From Octopus sinensis (Eukaryota), in contig NC_043003.1 in NCBI RefSeq assembly GCF_006345805.1, forward strand, positions 82,646,001 through 82,710,000: DNA of 64,000 nucleotides. The letters run 5' to 3'. Numbering within the stretch: position 1 is the first letter of the stretch; every line of letters begins with the position of its first letter. Below the pieces are notes generated by a model that saw only the letters and a list, made by a program, of their open reading frames with translations, ran no database searches and was not told the DNA's origin. The translations under genes and the position numbers were made by a program. This document shows, piece after piece, positions 1-12,095 of this stretch.

Positions 1-420
1 GTATTCAACCATGATGCATTAAGTTTGAAATATCACTTTTCATTCCAGATTTTAGACCAACATTATTGGCGATTTTATTGAGAGGGGGTCTTTCCGAATA
101 GTATTGTTTTCCTTTCTCATCTTTCAGTATAATGCATTTGAGTTAAACATTTCTCCAGCGGTAACGGGATTTCTCTCTCAGCATCTCAGTTAGCGCTTCA
201 GATTAATAAACTTTTCCTGAAGAGCTTGGTGTAAGAAGTGTACCGTTGCTACAGACCGTAAAAGAAGTTCTCATTTGTAGTATATGGTAGAAATCCCAGC
301 GTGCCTTATACGCCCTTGAATTACTGCAAAATCCGTTTCCATCATGTCTGTAAAATATAACGCGAGATTCAATATAAATTTTGCCTAATCGTTGAAGTTC
401 CAATTCAGTTTCCATTTAAA
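1..420 (-). mobile_element. Decayed R4/Dong-like (RLE-type) LINE, region upstream of RT
   Basis: Manual minus-strand translation with stops gives 'WKRILQ...' and 'WSKIWNEK*YFKLNASWLN', parallel to 'LWSDIWSKDKEH' in the better copy at 58013-60257. Confidence 0.35.
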
Positions 421-1944
421 TGTAGAAAATGCGACGGAATAAGAGGAATATGAGTAAATCGAATACAACTAGAATATGAGTATGTCTAATATAAGTAAGT
501 CGTATACAAAAAGAAAAATCTGCTAGAGGATGGGAGGCTTTTTCATGATATAAATTTCCAGTCTTTTTCATAATACATTATATACCAATCGCTTCATAAC
601 CTCAGAATTCGCAATATTATCAGGAGAAACAATTTTTCGATGAACAATGGTCTTAATACAACAAGAAATAACATGACCATCTTTTCCATTCTACTACCGA
701 CCTGTTTTACTGGAGAGTACGGATTCGTTCTGTGAAATTGTTGTTATTTCGTCTTCGCATTGGAGCTAGAACTCAAAACCAGTATTTACCAACCGTCATT
801 ATTCTACCGTTTTTATTTGTAGTCGTCGTTAAACGTCATATGATATTCAAGGCACACAAGACGCCTCAGCCTTTTATCTAATGCGATGACCCTGAGGTCA
901 CGCTTCAAAGCATCAAGAATCTTCTTGAAGACTCTACATCTAATTCCAATCATGTGATTGACTGTTGGACGCCAGATTTTATGGATGTTTTTGATAAGAG
1001 TTCTGTTCACCTTGGCCTCATCAACTTAAACTAATATTCATCCGCTTGACTACTAATGAGTTTACGAAATTTTCACCATTGTCAATTTCACAAACCAGTT
1101 ATTAACTAGTTGGAAGCCTGTAAACAAGAACACTATTGCTCTCCACATTTGATACAGCATTAAAAACTGTTCATCTATCGAGTAACTTTGCGCTTACTCT
1201 GGCATATTCATTTGTACCCTCATTGATTTGGATACATACAGGAGCAAATACACCTGACAATGCAAATTCGACAAATTGCATACACTGGGAAGTAGATTGG
1301 TAAGTGTGCCTATATTCCTTTAAACCTTTAGCATCGCAGTTATGAGGTTCTTATGTGCCACTATATGAATCACAATGGAATAGAATCACATGGGGTGTAT
1401 ATTATAGTATGTTGTCCCTATTAGTGTGAGTGCTGAATGAAAGAAAACTAATCTTGATTACATTGTTGTAGCTAGATCTTGAGCTTATTGGTGAACATCT
1501 CATTTGACAACCAATCCCCGGCAATTAAAGGAAAGAATGATCATATGCTGACTTCAGTTCATCTTAATGTATATAATGCATCAGCCAAGAGACCATCTGG
1601 TAACTGACTTGTAGCAGGATAACAAGGCAGATTCTTTTGAAATTCATGATTGTCGCCTTGATGGACGGCATTTGTTTCTATCTTCTGTGACTAGTTGAGG
1701 AATGGAATATGCGCAATAGCCGCCATTGTGTTAGATGAAAGGGAAAGTTGTAGAGTATAGACGTCAAACATGATGACGGTGACGATGATGACTATCATGA
1801 TGATGAAGAGGAGAAAGAGGTGGAGGATGAAGAAGAAAATGCAAAACAGGCTACTGCAGAGAAAAGAAATGTTTGACTGACTACTACTACTACTACTATT
1901 ATTATTAAGAATGCGAGATGACAGAATACGTCCTTAGGTTTTGA

Positions 1945-2095
1945 TTTCAAATTCCACCGTGGTCGTCTTCGTCTTTCATTCTTCGGAGACGATAAAATAA
2001 GTACCAGCTGAGTACTGTGGTCGATGTCATCGACTTACTCTGTCCCCCAAACTTCCTGGTCTTGTACCAAAATTTGAAACCATTATCATTAGTAG
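1945..2095 (+). mobile_element. SINE family A, 3' part, followed by (TAG)n
   Basis: Shares the 'tcaaattcc...gcctttcat...gataaaataagtaccag...ggtcgat...tcgactta...ccaaaatttgaaacca' blocks with many other copies in the window. Confidence 0.7.
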
Positions 2096-2104
2096 TAGTA
2101 GAAT

Positions 2105-2168
<64 letters not shown>

Positions 2169-2454
2169 CATTTGTGAAGATTGTCGAAAATAATCACGAA
2201 GATGTATACACTATTGGAAGAGCGAGATATGTAATGGACACATATCGACCTTTGTGCATTGAACTGATTAATATTTGAAAAGTGCCTGTTTTCAGGTTCA
2301 CGAGAATATGAGAATAATGAAAGATGAAATATAAAAAGAAGTGCATAAATTTTAAAAATTAATGCGGTCTTTTCTGAAACTTATCTATGTCAGGAAGACG
2401 AAACCCAGTATCGCTTGTTCGTAAGTGGTAAAAACCAGAAATGCTATCATAATT

Positions 2455-2775
2455 AAGGCATCAAGCTGGCAGAAATGTTAGCACACCGGACGAAATGCGT
2501 AGCCGTATTTCGTCTGCCGTTATGTTCTGAGTTCAAATTCCGCCGAGGTCGACTTTGCCTTTCATAATTTGGGGGTCGATAAATTAAGTACCAGTTACGC
2601 ACTGGGGTCGATATAATCGACTTATATTTTGGGTTTAAATTCCACTGAAGTCGATCTTGCCTTTCATCCTTTTAATGTTGATAAAATAAGTACCAGTTGA
2701 ACACTGGAGTCGATGTAGTCGACACATTCTCTCCCCCAAAATTGATGCCCTCGCGGCAAAATTTGAAACCATTAT
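2455..2775 (+). mobile_element. SINE family A (tRNA-type), one copy plus a tandem partial copy
   Basis: Head 'aaggcatcaagctggcagaaatgttagcac' (A-box-like) and 'gagttcaaattcc' (B-box-like). The body recurs more than 10 times in the window. Confidence 0.8.
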
Positions 2776-2779
2776 TATT

Positions 2780-2920
2780 GAGTGAGAGAGCAGTGCATGC
2801 CGTCAAAGTGACCTGGGGTAAAATATACGAAACCCAGTATACCCATCATGACTACCCGCCTGATGAGCGTACTGCAGGCACATGCATCACAAACATGTAT
2901 GCGCGACATGGTGATCTCAT
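2780..2920 (-). mobile_element. (TAA)n-tailed element family C, truncated 3' fragment
   Basis: Matches the first ~140 nt of the copies at 44549 and 57217 ('gagtgagagagcagtgcatgcc..caaagtgac...ggtgatctcat'). Confidence 0.75.
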
Positions 2921-3085
2921 AACATTATTTTCACTTGGCTTTTTTGAGAAATTTGTAATTTGTAAGTTTAACGTAGTTTAATTCTTCGAATTTTAACCAA
3001 TGAATCGCCAGTATTTCAGCTCAAATCATTTGCTGCGTTTAAAAACTCAGACAACATCCTGTTAACGTAAACAGCGCGCGCGCAC

Positions 3086-3132
<47 letters not shown>

Positions 3133-3748
3133 TTATTCATTCTTCTCTCTTCTGTCTGTCTCGCTATTTAAGTCATCCGCACGCATAAATGTTATACATA
3201 CGTGTGTGCGTGCGCACATGTTTATATATTTATACACGTACACACACATTTCATTCCTGATGTTTGTTTACTTTCTCGCTCTTTCTCTCTCTCTTTATCA
3301 CTTTGCTTAATGCTTGTATATCTATTTCTCTGCAACTCTGAGTCTCAGTTATCTATCTATCTATCTGTCTGTCTGTCTGTCTGTCTCTCTATCTATCTGT
3401 CTCTCTATCGATCTGTCTGTCTCTCTATCCATCCATCCTCTTCAGAGTGCTTTACCATGCACACACGCATCGCGTATATATAATGCGCACGCATACATGT
3501 ATGTATAACATTTATGTGTGCGGATGACTTAAAGAGCGAGACAGACAGAAGAGAGAAAGATGAATAACACGTGTGTGTGTGTGCGCGCTGTTTACGTTGT
3601 AACAGGATCTTGTCTGAGTTTTTAGACGCAGCAAATGATTTGAGCTCAAATACTGGCGATTCATTGGTTAAAATTCGAAGAATTAAACTACGTTAAACTT
3701 ACAAATTACAAATTTCTCAAAAAAAAAAAAAAGGGGAAATAATGTTAT
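2919..3748. mobile_element. Foldback/MITE-like element with ~270-300 bp imperfect inverted arms
   Basis: 2919-3216 is the reverse complement of 3484-3748 with scattered substitutions and a (CA)n length difference; spacer is CT/CTAT-rich. Confidence 0.75.
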
Positions 3749-4208
3749 CTTTTGACACATTCTACCAGTATACGAAGTTTCAAATTGTTTAGTTAACTAG
3801 AAATTGGGTTGAATTCTGTCTATCTAAAGGAAAAGATCCGAACTCAGAACACCAAGACTGAAGAAATGCATAAATAAAAATTAAAATAATAAAAAAAAGT
3901 CAAAGCGATCCTAGCGGAATTTGAACTCAGAAAGTAGTGAAGGCTTTGACTTTCATCCTTTCGAGGTCAATAAAATAAGTGCTAAATTTCATGCCTTGTT
4001 CCTATAGGATTATTATCATTATTTTAATTTTTATTTTTGCATTTCTTCAGTCTTGGTGTTCTGATATCAAATTCCACCGATGGTGACTTTGCCTTTCATC
4101 TTCTCGATAAGGTCAGTACTAGGTGAGTACTGGGGTTCAGGGAATCGACTTTTCCCACTGTCCCGAAATTAGTGGCAAAATAAATCATTGTTATTATTTT
4201 TTTATTGT

Positions 4209-4253
<45 letters not shown>

Positions 4254-5357
4254 CACAACTACAACTACTACCACTGTTATTAATACTGAAGTAAAGATAG
4301 CCGGATTTGAGACTTTTTTGGAATATGTGATAAATATGATAAGGCATAGGCCATATAATTTCAAATTAAATAATAGAAAGCACACCGTTAAAGAAAATAT
4401 GATGATGGAAGTAGTTCAGTACAATGAAAGCACAAGTTTATTTTCTTCTGTATGAACGACATTCAATTCAAAATCCATGTTTTAAAGTACCTTTTTGTTT
4501 TGAAAAGTTGTATCTTGTAGAAAAAAATATTTCTCGCGTCTCGCGTACACTAGAAATAATATGACGTAGAACAACACATATCAATAGGAGTAAATCTTAT
4601 ATCAACTAACATTCAGCAGGGAATTAAGAGCGATGCATACAGAATTAAATGCAACATACTGATTAATAAACCATTCCAAGGAAGCCTTTTATTGTTAGCA
4701 AGGCTACTGTAAAGAATCGAAAATGTTAATAAATAAGGAAAATCCGCCGAGATAAAAATGGCTGAAAAAAGACCTTCGTATTGATCTGCAAACTTTTCAT
4801 AAAACATATTTAAGGTACAACGTACGAGTTAAGAAATGTCATGAGAATAGTATAAATAATATATCACATTTTACTATGAACGAAACGTACGGTTTTGGGT
4901 AATCTAGAATATCTGTTCATGTTATACAACAGATAATTGCAGTTTAGTTTATTAGATAATAATATTACTTTCCAGCTAGAGTTTATTGCTAGAATAAGTC
5001 TGTGAGTATTCCCATAACAATATTTTTTACCTCCTATTAACATTTTTTTAATGTAAATTTGCGCTAAATCTGACTCTAAATACATAGAATATATAAATAA
5101 AATACAATAGTGAGCACAGTGTAGAGGTTCATTTTTTAGGGGAACATAGAAGGAAGAGAATGAGAGAAAAGGAAGAGTGCTGTAGTAAATGCTCAGCGTA
5201 TTATTATCTCCTCTTAGGTTCTGCATTCAAATCCTGTACGCTTTGCCTCTATGTTACTCCCTGAACGACACACGTATGTATATATATATAAATAAACTAA
5301 TACATATGTTCGTTGTCTACCATCTGTCTTCGTCTTTTTTTGTGTGTGAATTCGCCC

Positions 5358-5399
<42 letters not shown>

Positions 5400-5485
5400 T
5401 ATTCGAGACAAAACCACTATTTTGCAAAACAAACAAGGAAAGACTTAATCAATACATAAATTTTAATAAATAGTCAAAAAAACCG

Positions 5486-5528
5486 CCACTACAATCGTTT
5501 CTTGTCTTGATCGACAATCTTCAGGTGG
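5486..5528 (-). ncRNA. Minimal type-I hammerhead ribozyme motif (mirror copy)
   Basis: Exact reverse complement of 5589-5631. Confidence 0.75.
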
Positions 5529-5588
5529 ACTTCCAATAATTCAGTGTCAAATTATGACTTCATAATTTGACACTGAATTATTGGAAGT

Positions 5589-5631
5589 CCACCTGAAGAT
5601 TGTCGATCAAGACAAGAAACGATTGTAGTGG
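5589..5631 (+). ncRNA. Minimal type-I hammerhead ribozyme motif
   Basis: ccac-CTGAAGA-ttgtc(gatcaa)gacaa-GAAA-c(gatt)g-TA-gtgg: stem I ccac/gtgg, intact core, 5-bp stem II, 1-2 bp stem III, GUA triplet with predicted cut after 5627. Confidence 0.75.
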
Positions 5632-5807
5632 CGGTTTTTTTGACTATTTATTAAAATTTATGTATTGATTAAGTCTTTCCTTGTTTGTTTTGCAAAATAG
5701 TGGTTTTGTCTCGAATAATATTTTATAATATTTTACTATAAAATCGATTTAATCCTAAATCTGATTTTTTCCCTGTAAATTTGGATTTATTCCCTAATAT
5801 TTATTAT

Positions 5808-5843
<36 letters not shown>

Positions 5844-5882
5844 TCTCATTTTTGGCACGATAATTTTTATATTATCGGTGAA

Positions 5883-6100
5883 TAAGGCGACAAGCTGAAA
5901 GAATCTTTATCACAGTAGGTGAAATGCTTAGCGACATTTCCCCAGTCCTTTCCTTCAGAGTTCCAATTCTGCTGAGGGTAACTGCCTTCTATCCTTTTTG
6001 GGGTCGATAAAATAAGTACCAGTTGAGCGCTAGGTCTGATATAATCGGCTTAACGCCTCCCCCGAAATTGCTGACATTGTTCCAAAATTTGAAAGCAATA
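5883..6100 (+). mobile_element. SINE family A, diverged copy
   Basis: Same head/body/tail blocks as 2455-2622. Confidence 0.7.
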
Positions 6101-8020
6101 TGTGACGTGATATTTTTTTTTATGGGCAGCACTATAGAATTTAATAACTTTCTATTGTATTAGCTAATTGTGTATTTTTGGTTAAAATTGAATTACCCAC
6201 TTAATTTGCTCTGGTACGGACACAAGTACAAAAATTAAAAAGTTTCCTTGATACATAAAATCAAGTACTCAACAAAAAGAAATTATATCTATACAGAAGA
6301 CCAAATAGATAATGTGCAGTTCACATAAAATGCCATACTCTTCGTGATGTTAGGAAGAACAAATAAACAAAACGGAAGCGTTATAATTATTCATGAAATA
6401 GATGAGACATGTAACATTTCTACGAAAGTCAAAGCTCCTTACATATAACCAGTGCAGCATAAGATACAACGGAAGTACTATTCTAGTAAAGAAGTATCGG
6501 AAAATGACCATGATATGTCTAGAAACAAAGCCACACCACTCACACAGGCACTTCAGTGCAAAATCATGTCAGAGGCAGTTGGAGGGGAATATTAAAGCTT
6601 GGAATACAAACATATACGCACATACTGCTATTTTACTAATATAGATGTATCAATATGTCATAATCCATTTATTACACTAAAAACTCAAAAACAATGCGTA
6701 CAGCAAGAAATTCTAATCTATTTCGACACTCAGGTATTCTAAGTCTATTAGAATTTTCCGATTTGCTTAAAACATCGCGGTACATCAGTGCGCTGCACGC
6801 ACGGAAATTGCGGCACGATGGTTGAAAATGTCTAGTCATATATCCTATTCACTAAATTTATAGCCTTGTGCTAAGACAACAATTTATTATTAAGAAGGAA
6901 TACATTAATAGAGAAGAAAGATGTCTATAATGATAATCGATAAAAATGTAATACATATATATATATATACGTTTTTATTTTAAAAAATAAAGCAAAGAGG
7001 GGATAGAAATTGGAAAGATATACTGTCAGACAGAAAACTGATGTATAATATTCCTCCTTGGCCGAAGAGAAAAGAACATTTTCTACAAGTGTCGGTTGAA
7101 AGTAATATTATATATAAGGAAATAAATAAAGGTGGTTGTGTTAGAGGTGTAAGGGTCGCGTGTTTCGCGTATTGCAGATTCTTAATGAAGAGTAAAGCAA
7201 TAAATTCTGATGTTGAAATTTCTTAACATGTACAACGAACAAAATAAATTTACTAACAGCAGTGATGCAGAAAGGTACATTCACATATGCATATAATATA
7301 AACACACAAACACATACATGCACGCATGCACACACAGAAAGGTAGATAAATAGATAAATTATATAAACACAGACATATGTGTGTGTATAAATAGAAGACG
7401 TGTGTGTGCGTGAGTGAGTGTGTGTTTGTACGCATGCGTACTACTACACTGCTGTTGACGAAACACGTTCAAAATAAATGATAGCAATACGATTCTGAAT
7501 CAAACAAGGAAACATACATGAAGTGTTCTATGGTAATAAGAAATGGGCAAAAGTAAAGAACAATATTGAAGAGAGCAGAAGTAAAGTGAACATTGTAAGT
7601 GGAAATACAATTATTCCGTTGTGGATGAAATATACACATTTTATGAAAGAGGATGCACATAAACTTTCTATAAAAGAAGATAGGAAAAAAATTGAAGCAA
7701 TAAAGTTTAATATACTAAAATCAGTACAACGAAACAATGGCTCTGCTAGTAATAGAGTTCATTATACGCTTGTATTCAGGAAAGAAAATACGGAAACCAT
7801 GAAGGTGATATTAATGTTCTAGTGTGTAGACAATCAGAATGATAGTGCTTAACTTAGAATAATATAATCGTAAGAGAGGGACTTGGCATCTGATATAAAT
7901 ACAAAAACCAATACCCAATGATATAGAAGCTAATTCATTCACATAGATTTATTTTTCTGCTAATATACTCTAGACAACAACAACTACTACGACGACGACG
8001 ACCACCACTACTATTGCTGC

Positions 8021-8307
8021 TACAGGCAGTGGTTCCTGATCTTAACTGATAGGAAGTGTTATCATATACGTTCTTTTGACTTGGTATAAAAGATGGGCTA
8101 CAGCAAATATTCCGCTCAATATCACTCATCTGCAAGGTCATGCGCTGTTTATCTTGATATGAGATCACTATGTCGCACACATATGGTTGTGATGGATGTG
8201 CCAGGTGTACTCTTCTCAGACGAGTAGTCTTGGTGGGTATACTGGGCTTCGTATATATTACTCCAGTGTCACATTGATGGCATGCCCTGCTCTCTCACTC
8301 AACAATA
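8021..8307 (+). mobile_element. Family C element, internally deleted, opposite orientation to the other copies
   Basis: Reverse complement of both ends of 57217-57750 joined directly; ends 'ctctcactc aacaata'. Confidence 0.75.
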
Positions 8308-8319
8308 TGTTCAACCCTA

Positions 8320-9255
8320 TCAAAGGTTTTTGACCGATCTAAATTGATCAGAGCCCCACCCATGCCAGGTTTCTTAACTACCCTATCCACGACGTTGCCT
8401 CAGTCATTTACCACCACCTCATCCTCGTGCCTTGCCCTAGTTGTGCCTGGTCACGCTGTAGTGTTTGCTTTTTCGCCTTTTAGGGAAGGAACGGACTCCG
8501 CAGGTCAGGCGCTCCATTTACACTCAACACCCTATGAAATGTGGGCTGGGTTTTCCGTGGCTATTAATGCACAGACATGCGCTGAGGTTGCGGCACACCC
8601 AGTGTTTCATCGACGATGGTGAGCAGGTGTGGCTTTGCTTGTTCGAGATAAACTCTGCTGGCACGGAAGTGCCGTCAGTCAGACCTGCCCGAGATGTGCG
8701 CAGAGCGACGAGACCATTCTGCACGCTCTCGTATATATAGTGCCCAAGCACATCTGTTATATGAATTTATGTCGACCACCTACAGTCACGTGTAGGACGT
8801 GTCTACTTGTCGGATGATTCCATCATGAAGATTGCCCCGCTACCTTCTTTTGGACGTAAAGGGAAGGCAATTTTCATCTATCTCGTGGCTGTAGCGAAAG
8901 AGGTTATATGGTGGTCTAGACTGAAAGAACTAAAGAAAAATACTTTTCTCTTTGACCTACTCCTCATCTACTTTTTCAGGTACCATCTGAAAAGGAAAGT
9001 AAGGGTGGGAGAGAAGTGCTGACTTCCAGTAATTTTGTTAAAAGGCGGGTGAATGTGGCGAAAATGATCCGTGTCAACATATTTGAGCGTATGTATTTCA
9101 GTTTCCAAGGCTGGGAGACTGAGAAAGATGGGGAGTGGGATGTTGCCCAAGTAGTTGTAATGCTTGTAGATTTCTCGTTTGGATTCCATGAATAGCCCAG
9201 AGTTGCGTGCCTCGGTTAGGTATTTTCTTTATATCTTTCATTGTTATTGACTTTT
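8320..9255 (+). mobile_element. Tx1/L1-like LINE 3' fragment (C-terminal zinc-finger region + 3' UTR)
   Basis: ORF 8629-8817 contains 'QTCPRCAQSDETILHAL', the CxxC...ET..H pattern of L1/Tx1 ORF2 C-termini; GC-richer than flanks; frameshifted. Confidence 0.6.
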
Positions 9256-9346
9256 TACTTAACACTGTATGTAACCCCATTTTGTCCTTCTTACTTTGTA
9301 ATGGCCAATCTTATTTTTGTCGGCCTTTGTAGCTAATGAAGATAGG

Positions 9347-9412
<66 letters not shown>

Positions 9413-9812
9413 GTTGTTGTTGTTGTTGTTGTTGTTATTATTATCATTTTATATGCACGTTTAAACGTATATATGTATATATAAAAAATGTATGATTGAT
9501 TGATTGATTGATTCCAGTTTCAGCTCATGAGCTGTGGCCATGCTGGGGCACCGCATGTACATATATTAACACATATATGTATAGACATATATACACATAC
9601 GTATATACATATATACACATACACGATCGTACTGCATGACCTCTGGATATTCGTGTTGCTTATTTTGATTAAAATCACCTTATTTTAATTTGTATGGATA
9701 ATACCATACTAAATTCTGGTGCCTCAACTTAAGTACCATATTCATCTGAATCTAAATTATCTACCATACATACATATATATGTATATATATGTATATATA
9801 TGTATATATATG

Positions 9813-9849
<37 letters not shown>

Positions 9850-11269
9850 TTCTGTGTGTATGCATATGTATATAATAGACACATACATACAAATATATAT
9901 ATACACACACACGCACACACACATATATATATACATGCATACATACATACATACACACACACACACATTCAAGTCCTTGCGTTATGTCTCTATTTTGATA
10001 TAATTAAAGCAAATATGCGAAAATTAACGCGTAGAAAGTGCAAGGCTTTTCCATAAGTTGTAGTCAGTTTATACAATCGACACTAGAAAATCGCGTGATA
10101 GTAATGGGATTAAGACAGACTTTCTTTAATTTTCTTTCAACCCACGTAAATTTCTTGAGGCTGATTGGCACCTATTTCTGCCGTGCTACTAAATGTGTTA
10201 TTTACTGTTTCCTCTATATCGAGGTTGGAATTTCGTTCAAGCCAGTAATAATCACATGCACAGCGTTGACAAGCCTCAACAAATGTGACTGTGGCAACGA
10301 TATTCTGTTCTGTACAATCTTCATTATGTTTTATACACAAGTTCTAGAAGACATTCCCTCTCAGGCAATTTAACAGTTTCATGATTCCTATCGGTGTATA
10401 CACGCAGAGTAAGATACATCAATGGCGATTCTAACTTAATGTTGTTTGAACTGCGATATATATATGTGTGTGTGTGTGTGTAGTCTGGAGGACTGCTATC
10501 CCCAATGAGCCAACTCCATCGAGTAGTAAAGATAGCAGAATGAGGAGGTAAATCGCAGGAGGAAAATGAAGCGTCTTCAACATCCTCGCTCGGCACCGAC
10601 AATCCTGTGCTAATTCTGCCCACAACTCTTTCGCCACTGATGTTTCGGTACAAACATCAGCTGAGAGGATTGGATAGAGACTGACGAACCCAATGCACGG
10701 ATACGAGCTGGAGCCGACGATATATATGCATATATTTTATATGGTATGCTATTTTAAATAAAGTCGAATAAGTCTAAACTTTGTTATTTTATATTTTGGT
10801 CATTTTAGAACTTCAAATCATGTCTCTATAATCCTGTTTACATAAAATACTTGTTTTATAGTGGTTGTCTTCGTAGTTTACAGTAATGCAGTTTACAGTA
10901 ATAAAATGGTTTAAGTAATTTTTCTTAGAAAAAATGTCTGTAAATTACGTTAGAAACTGGAAGTGATGATAACAACATCCCAAAATTCCATAAAACACCT
11001 TGTGTATCCGATGGGTGGGCTTCGTGTGTGGGTCAACGTAACTTCTTTACTCATAAAGTTGTCAACCAACCATGCACTCAAATTTGTTGATCCTAACGAC
11101 GACAACATCCATACACAGACTTTAGAAGGACGATGAATGCTTACTAAGAATGACCTTAGGCGACTATGTGGGGCTAATGACGATTTATTTAAGCATATTT
11201 TCATGAACACTCGTGGCTAATGAGGATATAGACTGTTGTTTCCAGTAAATACATATATAGTATATCGCT

Positions 11270-11615
11270 TTTACTCATTAACTGGTTTCAGTCATTTGTC
11301 TGCGGTCATGCTAGATCACCGCCTTCAGTCGAAAACATTGACCTCAGGACTTATTCTTTGTAAGCCTGGTACCTATTCTATTAGTGTCTTTTCCTGAACC
11401 GCTAACTTACGAGGACGAAAACACATCAACATCGGTTGTCAAGTGATGGTGTGGGGACAGACACACACACATATATATATTTTCCATCTACCAAATCCAC
11501 AAACATTTTGTCGGCCTGAGGCTAAGACATTTGCCTAAAGTGCCACGCAGTGGGACTGAACCCGGAACCATGCGTTTGGTAAGCAAGCTACTTAACACAC
11601 ACCCATTCATGCGCC
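11270..11615 (-). mobile_element. SINE family B (tRNA-type head, CORE-like body)
   Basis: Minus-strand head '...ggtaagtagcttgcttacc...ggttccgggttcagtcccactgcgtggcac'; related copies at 29598, 35060, 39720. Confidence 0.75.
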
Positions 11616-11655
11616 TATATATATATAAATTTATTTTTTTCATATTATATATTTC

Positions 11656-11836
11656 AAGGGGCTAAACTCAGAGGGGACAAACAAACGAATTAAGTCGATT
11701 ATATCGACCCCAGTGCGTAACTGGTACTGAAAGGCAAAGTGGACCTCGGCGGAATTTGAACTCAGAACGTAGCGACAGACGAAATACGGCTATGCATTTC
11801 GCCGACGTGCTAACGTTTCTGTCAGCTCGCCGCCTT
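11656..11836 (-). mobile_element. SINE family A
   Basis: Reverse complement reads 'aaggcggcgagctgacagaaacgttagcacg...gagttcaaattccgccgagg'. Confidence 0.8.
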
Positions 11837-11864
11837 TATTTGTTCATGCTATATTAAATATATA

Positions 11865-12095
11865 TTTCTTTATTGCCCACAAGGGGCTAAACATAGAAGG
11901 GACAAACAAGGACAGACAAACAGATTAAGTCGATTACATCGACCCCAGTATAAAACTGGTACTTTATTTATCGACCCTGAAAGGACAAAAAGCAAAGTGG
12001 ACCTCGTCGGAATTTGAACTCAGAACGTAACGACAGACGAAATACCGCTAAGCATTTCACTCGGCATGCTAACGTGTCTGCCAGCTCGCCGCCTT
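11865..12095 (-). mobile_element. SINE family A, tandem neighbour of previous copy
   Basis: Full head-to-tail match to 28339-28570. Confidence 0.8.

Larger units (their letters stand above)
5390..5810. mobile_element. Penelope-type terminal repeat in inverted (palindromic) arrangement, flanked by (TA)n
   Basis: Arms 5390-5557 and 5560-5727 are reverse complements with a 2-nt loop, and each carries an HHR motif. The right arm extends to ~5810. The same family recurs at 35876-36045. Confidence 0.7.

Noticed and set aside
800-1200. Possible Gypsy gag-knuckle/protease remnant on the minus strand ('CIKCGEQ', 'VCEIDNGENFVNSLVVK')
   Set aside because: Only two short, weak motifs with stops between them; cannot be supported without a profile search.
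10620-10720. Hairpin tgatgtttcggtacaaacatca and nearby CTGACGA
   Set aside because: No stem II followed by GAAA in the right register, so not a hammerhead.
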